A stretch of 31,905 bases of DNA, from positions 21,207 to 53,111 of the forward strand of contig CAZJUS010000001.1 of assembly GCA_964549355.1 (NCBI GenBank), read 5' to 3'. The notes below the pieces were generated by a model. That model was not told the DNA's origin. It did not search any database and was given only the letters and a program-made list of their open reading frames with translations. Numbering within the stretch: the stretch's first letter is position 1; every line of letters begins with the position of its first letter. Positions 15,322 through 22,143 of this stretch are shown one piece after another. Source of the DNA: Candidatus Undinarchaeota archaeon (GTDB lineage Archaea > SpSt-1190). A program made the translations under genes and the position numbers.

Positions 15322-17285
15322 GCCATCACCGCCCCCGCCATGCCCCCGAAGAGGGTTGCAATAACCAAAGCAGTCAAAGTATATATTATGGTGCCATAGG
15401 CCACCAGCTTGCCCATATTGAGATACATGGTCATCTTCTCCCAGCCCTCCTCCAGGCCCCCCACCAGGAAGCCCATAACCAGCAGGGTCAGGATTACGTA
15501 TATGCCCACTATCATCTGGAGGAAGCTGGGCTGGATGACCCCGCTGACATTGATGAAGTCTCCTATGTATCCATAGCCCGCGGACATGCCTCCCCCCATG
15601 ACCCCCGTTATCTGCTGTGCAATATTCATGAGCAGGTTGGAGGTGATTTGGCCCAGGCCGACTATGGTCCCTGTAATCAAAGGGATGAGTATCATGCCCT
15701 GGAAGCGCAGGCCTGAAATGGATTCGGCCAGCATGTCCGTGATTTTATCCTTGACCTCCTGCATGGCCTGCAGGTATTTTGAAACGCTGATGGCAGTCAG
15801 GGCGGCGCTCTTCGGTCCTTTCTTGGCGCTCTTCATCAGCACATGCATTATATTCCGCACCAGGTTGCTCGGAAACTCGCGGAGCACCCCGTATTTTTCG
15901 TCGAACAGGCACCTTTCCACAGGCCACCCCAGGGTCCTGACTCGGTTGATGGTGGTGACAAAAAAGGCTTCAGTCTCGCTCCCCTTCATCCTCTCCGCCA
16001 CATCCCTCATGGCTTCCTCAATCGGCACCCCCTCATTCATTATATTGCCGAGCTGGTAGAGGGCCGATGCAAACTCGCTTTCAAGCACATCCACCCTTTT
16101 TTTGATTTTCTGGTTCTCCTGCGCCCAGGCCAGCAGGTAGATGCCGGCAGGCACGCCCAGGGCCAGTATGCCCGGGATCGTCATGCCGACCCCGACAGCC
16201 TTGTTGTTGAGGGCTATGGATGAAAGCGAAGCGGGTTCAGCCATCAGCAGCAGAATCTGGAGCCCCATGAACAATGCGAAGATGATCAGCATGAGGGGCT
16301 TGGCGTTGAGCGTCAGCCCCATGAACTTGACTTTGTATGAAGGCTTCTTGTATTTGATTTCGCTGATGCTCCCCGGCCTCTTGCCGAGGATGTAGATGCT
16401 GATGACGGCCAGCATGACAGGGATAATGAAGTCATAGACCACCAGGAGCACCATGCCCATGTTGGAGGTTGACGAGAATACGCTTGCAATCGGGCCCATT
16501 ATCAGCAGGAGCACCGGCAGCATGATGCCGAAGGCGTTGGTGGCCATGACAGGCAGGTCAAGCCCCCTGGCGAAGCCCTCCATTATGCCCTTGGTCCCGC
16601 CCAGGACTACCCTTATGGCTTTCTCCAGGCTCCTCCTCCTCATCGAGACGGACTCCTTCATACTCCCCGCAATGAGATACATGCCCTCCGCCAGATGAGG
16701 CGCCCAGTCCTTGACCTTTTTTGAATACCAGTTGAAGGCAGCCTCCATATCGGGCATCTTCCGGGTCTCCACCATCCAGAGCATGTACTTGAAGATCAGC
16801 CCCATGGGGTTGGGCATATTCTTGGCTGCAAAGGCCACGCTGGCTTCCAGATTGGGCGTCACCTCCATGGCGATGACCAGGTAGAGGATTGCCAGAGGGG
16901 CCTGGCCTATGATTTTCAGCTTGCGGAGCCTGGCCAGGTATGAAGGGATGTAGGCGAAGGCCCCGAAGACTATGAAGGGGAGGAGGACTGCCAGATAGGT
17001 GGTTATGGTGTTCCCCCCTATGAAGTAAACTGCAACGGAAACAGGCAGTGCCAGCAGGGCGGTTATTATGGCCAGGCAGAAGGCGTGCTTGAACCTGATG
17101 GCGAACTCGGCGTCCTCCATCTCCCGGTCGACTTTTTCGCTCTTTATGTCCAGCCCCACGAAGCCGTAGGCCCACTTGGCGGCGGTCTCGTAGAAGCCCA
17201 GATGGATTTCCTGCTCTTCCAGGAAAGTATCGTAGGACCTGCTTCTCTCCACAGAATCAATATATCGCAGGCATATTAAAGCCAT
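15318..17285 (-). CDS. Type II secretion F / TadB-TadC (ArlJ-like) pilus platform membrane protein
   Basis: Polytopic protein with two T2SSF-like cytoplasmic domains (APLAILYLVIAMEVTPNLEAS; EFASALYQLGNIMNEGVPIEEAM); adjacent to the ATPase. The true start may be GTG 17252. Confidence 0.85.
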   Translation of the reverse strand: MALICLRYIDSVERSRSYDTFLEEQEIHLGFYETAAKWAYGFVGLDIKSEKVDREMEDAEFAIRFKHAFCLAIITALLALPVSVAVYFIGGNTITTYLAVLLPFIVFGAFAYIPSYLARLRKLKIIGQAPLAILYLVIAMEVTPNLEASVAFAAKNMPNPMGLIFKYMLWMVETRKMPDMEAAFNWYSKKVKDWAPHLAEGMYLIAGSMKESVSMRRRSLEKAIRVVLGGTKGIMEGFARGLDLPVMATNAFGIMLPVLLLIMGPIASVFSSTSNMGMVLLVVYDFIIPVMLAVISIYILGKRPGSISEIKYKKPSYKVKFMGLTLNAKPLMLIIFALFMGLQILLLMAEPASLSSIALNNKAVGVGMTIPGILALGVPAGIYLLAWAQENQKIKKRVDVLESEFASALYQLGNIMNEGVPIEEAMRDVAERMKGSETEAFFVTTINRVRTLGWPVERCLFDEKYGVLREFPSNLVRNIMHVLMKSAKKGPKSAALTAISVSKYLQAMQEVKDKITDMLAESISGLRFQGMILIPLITGTIVGLGQITSNLLMNIAQQITGVMGGGMSAGYGYIGDFINVSGVIQPSFLQMIVGIYVILTLLVMGFLVGGLEEGWEKMTMYLNMGKLVAYGTIIYTLTALVIATLFGGMAGAVMA

Positions 17286-17322
17286 TTCAACAAGCCCCGG
17301 CCTCCGGGCAAACCCAGGAGGT

Positions 17323-19551
17323 TCAGAGGCGTGCTTTCAGCCACCTCTCCCATCTGTCGTATATCTCCCGGGTGTCCGCCGAGCCCACCTCTTCCCTGAC
17401 TTCTTCTTCAAAGAGGTGGAACATGTCGTTGGCAAGCACAGTGAAGTCGGCTTCCAGGAGCTCCGGCTTGCCCGTGGCCTGCGAAATTTCGACCAGCCTT
17501 CTCTTGGTTTTGGCCCTGAGCTCTATGTTCGCCCAGACCGCGTCAAAGTCGCCCGCCCACTCCCGCACCCTGCCGGCTATTGAATTGATTATCTCGCTTT
17601 CTCCGTCCATCAGGACGCTGGTGGGCTCAAGCCTGTCAGTCTTGGCGTTGTATTTCATCAAAGGCACAAAGCCTTTCTCCCTGAGCGGGTCGTCCTCCCA
17701 GTGCTTGCGGACCTCTGAGATTTCAACCAGCCTCCTCACCTTGTGCAGGCCGTCGGCGCTTTTGATTGGATTCGCCACTGCGATTATGTCAGTTGCCTTG
17801 AAGCTGGTCCTCGGCACGCCCAGGTCGTTCACCACCCTGTCGTAGACGCCGTAGGGGCTGTCGCCGTGGATGGTCCCTGCAACCACGTTGGCCAGCGCGC
17901 CGACCCTCATGGCTTCATACAAAGCCAGGGCCTCCTTGCTCCTGACCTCCCCGACTATCAGGGCGCTGTCCCCGAGCCTGAGGCTGGTCCTGATGCCCGC
18001 AGCTGCCGACAGCTCGCTCTCGACCGGGTTGATTGGGCTCTGCACTTTCATGGACTGGATATTGTAGCCCAGCTTCATCAGATACCTGACAGGAAGCTCA
18101 AGGGTGTCCTCCACTGTAATCACCCTGTACCTCCTCATAATCTCGACCATCAGGCTCTGGAGCATTGAGGTTTTGCCGGCGCCCCGCGTTCCGGCGACCA
18201 GCATGGTCCGGGAGCCGTCCACGAAGAAGCTCAGCAGGCCCGCTGCGAGGGGGGTGAGCATCTGGTGCTTTATGAAGAGCGGGAGCGTCCACGGCCTGCC
18301 CCTGTGCCTCCTCAGGGCGAAGCTCAGGCCGAACGGGCTCAGACTTCGGGTTATGGCGGCCACCCTGGCCCGCACGTCCTCAAACTCAATCTGGGTGTCC
18401 AGGACGGGGTTGCTCTCGTCAAGCGGCCTTCCGCTCATCAATCTGAGCCTGGCCGCCCATGCCTGGGTCTCCTCCACGGTGGGGTATATATTGGTCTCGC
18501 AGTCCTCTGCGTCTGCATGGTAGACAAAAATAGGGTTCACCAGCGGGGCGTTGATGGTGATGTCCTGTATCCTGTCGTCGCTCAGGAGCACTTCCAATAT
18601 ACCGAAGCCGACAGTCTCGCGTGTTATTATGCCGGCCAGCTTTTTGACATCGAGTTTTATCCGCCGGCTTTCCATATCCTCCTTCACCATGTCTATCGCA
18701 ATATTGCGGACTGCCTCGCGGATTGATTCGGGGTCTATGAGCTCTTCTGATTTCGGCTTGTATGCCATGAGGCTCTCCTTTATCCTCTCCACCAGCTCGT
18801 ATTCGACCTCGCTGAGCTTGAACTCGGGCGGGATCAGATGGTAGAAAAGCCTCACGCTGTTCGGCTGCTTGATTATGGTGACCTCGGAATCCCCGACTTT
18901 GTAGCTGTCTATCTCCTCCCCCACAGGGTACTGCGTGAGCAGTTTGGTGTATGTGAAGTTCGGCCGGACCGACGGCCGGAAAATCCTCCTGTAGATGGTC
19001 CGGTCTCCGACTTTGTAGCCTTCGAGCAGAGGCTCGACAAGTTTGATTATCTGCAGACCGCCGATGACTTCGAGTATTCTGTGGAGGACTTTCAGATATT
19101 TTTTCCGCAGGGCTTTGTACTGCGGGTAGATTTCCCTTTCCTGCTCAATCTCCTGCCAGTTTTTTTCCCTGCGGACTTCAGTGAAGGTGCCGATTGGGTC
19201 CCTCATGAACGCCTTGGGGATTTTTTTCACGAACTCAACCCAGTCCGCCCCGATGGGTGAATGGGGGGGCCTTACATCCCTTTCGGAAAAAAGCAGTTTC
19301 TCCAGGGACATGGCCACTCCCGTCAGCAGCAGGGTCTGCTGCTCGTCATACTCCCTTATCTTTCTTTCGACCAGGACTATGCGGTCGACTTTCCGGAGCT
19401 TGCGGATGGCGGTCAGCACCTGCTCCATGCAGGCTTCGCTTTCCTCGATCACCGGCGGGAAGGGGGCCCCAATCAGGTTCATCTCAAGAACGTTGCTGTT
19501 GCCCACCTTTTTCAGCTTGTAATCAATGGCCACAAAAACCGAAGGCTCCAT
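17323..19551 (-). CDS. Type II/IV secretion (VirB11/TadA/ArlI family) pilus assembly ATPase with long N-terminal extension
   Basis: GFGILEVLLSDDRIQDITIN, Walker A AGTRGAGKTS, TVEDTLEL Asp box, SLRLGDSALIVGEVR Walker B, GTIHG His box. The true start may be GTG 19533. Confidence 0.93.
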   Translation of the reverse strand: MEPSVFVAIDYKLKKVGNSNVLEMNLIGAPFPPVIEESEACMEQVLTAIRKLRKVDRIVLVERKIREYDEQQTLLLTGVAMSLEKLLFSERDVRPPHSPIGADWVEFVKKIPKAFMRDPIGTFTEVRREKNWQEIEQEREIYPQYKALRKKYLKVLHRILEVIGGLQIIKLVEPLLEGYKVGDRTIYRRIFRPSVRPNFTYTKLLTQYPVGEEIDSYKVGDSEVTIIKQPNSVRLFYHLIPPEFKLSEVEYELVERIKESLMAYKPKSEELIDPESIREAVRNIAIDMVKEDMESRRIKLDVKKLAGIITRETVGFGILEVLLSDDRIQDITINAPLVNPIFVYHADAEDCETNIYPTVEETQAWAARLRLMSGRPLDESNPVLDTQIEFEDVRARVAAITRSLSPFGLSFALRRHRGRPWTLPLFIKHQMLTPLAAGLLSFFVDGSRTMLVAGTRGAGKTSMLQSLMVEIMRRYRVITVEDTLELPVRYLMKLGYNIQSMKVQSPINPVESELSAAAGIRTSLRLGDSALIVGEVRSKEALALYEAMRVGALANVVAGTIHGDSPYGVYDRVVNDLGVPRTSFKATDIIAVANPIKSADGLHKVRRLVEISEVRKHWEDDPLREKGFVPLMKYNAKTDRLEPTSVLMDGESEIINSIAGRVREWAGDFDAVWANIELRAKTKRRLVEISQATGKPELLEADFTVLANDMFHLFEEEVREEVGSADTREIYDRWERWLKARL

Positions 19552-19557
19552 ACATAT

Positions 19558-20070
19558 TTAAGTCATGAGCTCCAGCACAAAGAGCTCTTCAAAGCTGATT
19601 TTCCGGCTCCTGACTTTCCTGCACTTCCAGCCGTCCAGGGGTATTTTGGGGGTTATACTGCTCAGCAGGAGCAGGACCCTGCCCCCCGGCTTCAGGTGTT
19701 CTTTTGCGCCCTCCAGGAAGCGTGCTATGACCCCGCCGTCCCCGCAGTGCAGTTCGACATCGTCTTCATACGGCTCCGGCAGGTAGGGGGGATTGAAGAC
19801 TATGAGGTCAAACTTCCCCGCGCCGGCCCCTCCATTCACATTTTCAAACAAATCAGACTTAACGGCCTCCACGTTTTTTATCCCAAAGGCATCCACACGG
19901 TCCACTGCTTCCTGCTGGATGTCCACGGCCACCACATCTTCAAACCGCCCGGCCAGTTCGCCGGCCAGGATTCCGGAGCCGGTCCCCATGTCCAGGGCCC
20001 GCTCCCCCCGCAGGTCCAATCCACGGATGGCATCGAGCATCAGCTCGGAATCCTCGCGCGGTTCATACAT
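19558..20070 (-). CDS. HemK2/Mtq2-family methyltransferase (release factor Gln methylase)
   Basis: YEPREDSELM, LDMGTGSG, SDLF, FNPPYLP, HLKPGG. Confidence 0.9.
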   Translation of the reverse strand: MYEPREDSELMLDAIRGLDLRGERALDMGTGSGILAGELAGRFEDVVAVDIQQEAVDRVDAFGIKNVEAVKSDLFENVNGGAGAGKFDLIVFNPPYLPEPYEDDVELHCGDGGVIARFLEGAKEHLKPGGRVLLLLSSITPKIPLDGWKCRKVRSRKISFEELFVLELMT

Positions 20071-20675
20071 CAGCAGACCCCCCTGTCGCAGATTTTAAAT
20101 TTCGTGCTTTGGCCTTCCTTCTTCCACGGGTGCTTCAGCAGGGTTGCCTTCCTTTCCCCCGGCCGCCTCCCCTTCTCCAGCAGGAGGATGGTCTTCGCCC
20201 AGTACTTGGCCACGTCCCCGCTTACAATCCTTTGCTGCTTCTTCCACTCGTAGATATGGCCCGTCACCGCCACGGGGATTTTCTGGACCTCCGCGAATTT
20301 GGCCAGGCCGGCCATCTGCTTGGCCAGCATCCAGTTGGCCTCATCAGGGTTCTTGGCCAGGCAGAGGCGGTAGAGCATGACCATGCTGTCCACCGCCAGG
20401 AAGTCGCAGTCTCCAAGCCACATTTTTTCAAGCAGGTCGAACTGCTCCTGGAATCTGACAATCCGCCTGATTCTGGCATGCAGGGCTCCCACCTGCTCCA
20501 CCCGCTTCAGGCTGATGCCTTCGGTGTCAACAATATAAGGGTGCTCCGCGGATTTGGCCAGCTGGAGGACCAGGGAGGTCTTGCCGGTCCCCGCCTTCCC
20601 AACTATCATGAGGATTTTTCCAGGCTCCGGCTCCCCTACAAGTTTGTCGAGGCCGGCGTGGCCGAAGACCACCAC
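20070..20675 (-). CDS. radB: DNA repair protein RadB (RecA-family paralog)
   Basis: GLDKLVG, GKAGTGKT, VDTEG, AVDSMVMLYR, SGDVAKYWAK, C-terminal FKICDRGV; 201 aa with no RadA N-domain. Confidence 0.85.
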   Translation of the reverse strand: MVVFGHAGLDKLVGEPEPGKILMIVGKAGTGKTSLVLQLAKSAEHPYIVDTEGISLKRVEQVGALHARIRRIVRFQEQFDLLEKMWLGDCDFLAVDSMVMLYRLCLAKNPDEANWMLAKQMAGLAKFAEVQKIPVAVTGHIYEWKKQQRIVSGDVAKYWAKTILLLEKGRRPGERKATLLKHPWKKEGQSTKFKICDRGVC

Positions 20676-20769
20676 ACTGCGGGAAGCTTCAGGGCCTTAA
20701 AATACCGGCACATCGGCATTCCCGGGCAAAGCCTTAACCTTCCAGACTGCAGTATAGCTGAAGACTCCC

Positions 20770-20913
20770 ATGGAAATCAACTGTCCTGAGTGCAACGAAG
20801 GATGGTCCGATGAAGGGGGTCAGGGCCGGGTGACCTACTACCAGTGTCCGAAATGCGGAGCAGTGTTCAGCATCGAGAGTGCAGTGCAGATTAAACTTCC
20901 AGTGTTCCAGTGA
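20770..20913 (+). CDS. 47-aa CPxC/CPxCG zinc-finger micro-protein (not in ORF track)
   Basis: Hand translation MEINCPECNEGWSDEGGQGRVTYYQCPKCGAVFSIESAVQIKLPVFQ. Confidence 0.8.
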   Translation: MEINCPECNEGWSDEGGQGRVTYYQCPKCGAVFSIESAVQIKLPVFQ

Positions 20914-20956
20914 GCGGATTCCTCTCCTTTTTTATTCCGGCCCTTTCTTTTTTTCC

Positions 20957-21538
20957 ATGCTCCCGCGACAGCTTGCAGTCCAGCTTGACAGGCTCCAGGG
21001 CTTCAATGCCCCGAAAGCCCACCTGGAGCAGTGGCGGACGCCGGGGAGTATTGCAGCGGAGATGGTCTTCCTGGCAGGGGTCGAAGGCCGGAAGATCCTG
21101 GACTTGGGGTGCGGGACGGGGGTCTTGGCCATAGCAGCCAAGCTCGCGGGCGCTTTGGAGGTCACCGGAGTCGAGCTTGATGAGGACGCCCTCGAGACTG
21201 CACGCCGGAACTCGGAGGGCATGGAAATTGAATGGGTGCACGACAACGCCCTCCACTACAGCCCCGGCAGGAAATTCGACGCAGTCATTATGAACCCTCC
21301 CTACGGTTCGGTTGTCAGAGGGATTGACAGAAAAATGGTGGAAAAGGCCCTGCAACTTGCGCCGGAAGTCTACAGCCTGCTGAGCATCTACAGCCGGCAG
21401 TTCTTCACTGAAAAATACGGGGCGGAGGTCCTGCGCACCTATGAATTCCCTCTGAAACGGCAGCAGCCCTTCCACAGAAAAAACAAAAGCATATTGGGGG
21501 TTGATCTGTTGCTTTTCCGCCGGCACTTTGATTTTTAA
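20957..21538 (+). CDS. METTL5-family rRNA N6-adenine methyltransferase
   Basis: PKAHLEQWRTPGSIA (LEQYxTP motif), LDLGCGTGVL, IMNPPYG, QPFHRK; ATG 20957. Confidence 0.88.
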   Translation: MLPRQLAVQLDRLQGFNAPKAHLEQWRTPGSIAAEMVFLAGVEGRKILDLGCGTGVLAIAAKLAGALEVTGVELDEDALETARRNSEGMEIEWVHDNALHYSPGRKFDAVIMNPPYGSVVRGIDRKMVEKALQLAPEVYSLLSIYSRQFFTEKYGAEVLRTYEFPLKRQQPFHRKNKSILGVDLLLFRRHFDF

Positions 21539-21558
21539 ATACTCCCCCCTGCTCTTTT

Positions 21559-22140
21559 ATGATTTGGCACATATCGTGGTTTCAAGACTTGGAAGAACCC
21601 ACGTCATGGGAGAGGGAACAGGGTGTCAAGAGGAAGAAAAAACTCGCCGATAAAAAAACCGAGTTCAACCAGCTTTATGCTTGGCTGATGTCGTATGCCA
21701 ATTATTTGTGGATACATGGAGCCGGCAATGTTGAAGATAAGAAAGCCCGCAACCTCCTGGATGCATCAAAGAAAAATATTTGGTTTGAGCTTCATGGAGA
21801 CTATTTTGAATTGGATTTTCCAAAAGTAGTTTATGGAGGCGTTAGCCCCAAGTTTGGTTCATATCTGCATGGAACCCGAAGGATGGTTCCCGTATTCAGC
21901 AATCCGAATACAGAGGTCTTCAGAAAATTGGCGGATGAAAAATACGAAGATTTATGCAACAATATATCCATCTGGAAAAGCAGGATAAATAAGAAAGGCG
22001 GAGGAAATACAGAGGTTGTAGTTGTGGATGGCTTAATTGAAACAATTAATCCGTATAAAATTTTGAAACTCAACACTTGTGTTAAAGAGCTTTCAGAATA
22101 TATACAAGAACTTGATTCCGGAAAAGCACCACAAATGTGA
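21559..22140 (+). CDS. Hypothetical protein
   Basis: 193-aa ORF filling the gap, AT-rich, TATA-like TTTTTAAAT at ~21532-21540; no motif recognised. Confidence 0.7.
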   Translation: MIWHISWFQDLEEPTSWEREQGVKRKKKLADKKTEFNQLYAWLMSYANYLWIHGAGNVEDKKARNLLDASKKNIWFELHGDYFELDFPKVVYGGVSPKFGSYLHGTRRMVPVFSNPNTEVFRKLADEKYEDLCNNISIWKSRINKKGGGNTEVVVVDGLIETINPYKILKLNTCVKELSEYIQELDSGKAPQM

Positions 22141-22143
22141 ATG

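Noticed and set aside
17286..17322. GC hairpins sequestering GGAGG between the ATPase and platform genes as a translational switch
   Set aside because: GGAGG is about 15 nt from the ATG, the probable true start is a leaderless GTG at 17252, and the stems are short.
8369..19551. Archaellum or conjugative T4SS locus
   Set aside because: No archaellins, ArlF/G/H, VirB4, VirD4 or relaxase are visible.
19261..20789. Long plus-strand ORFs (330 aa and 226 aa) and similar overlapping ORFs elsewhere
   Set aside because: They are antisense to well-supported conserved genes in GC-rich sequence and carry no motifs.
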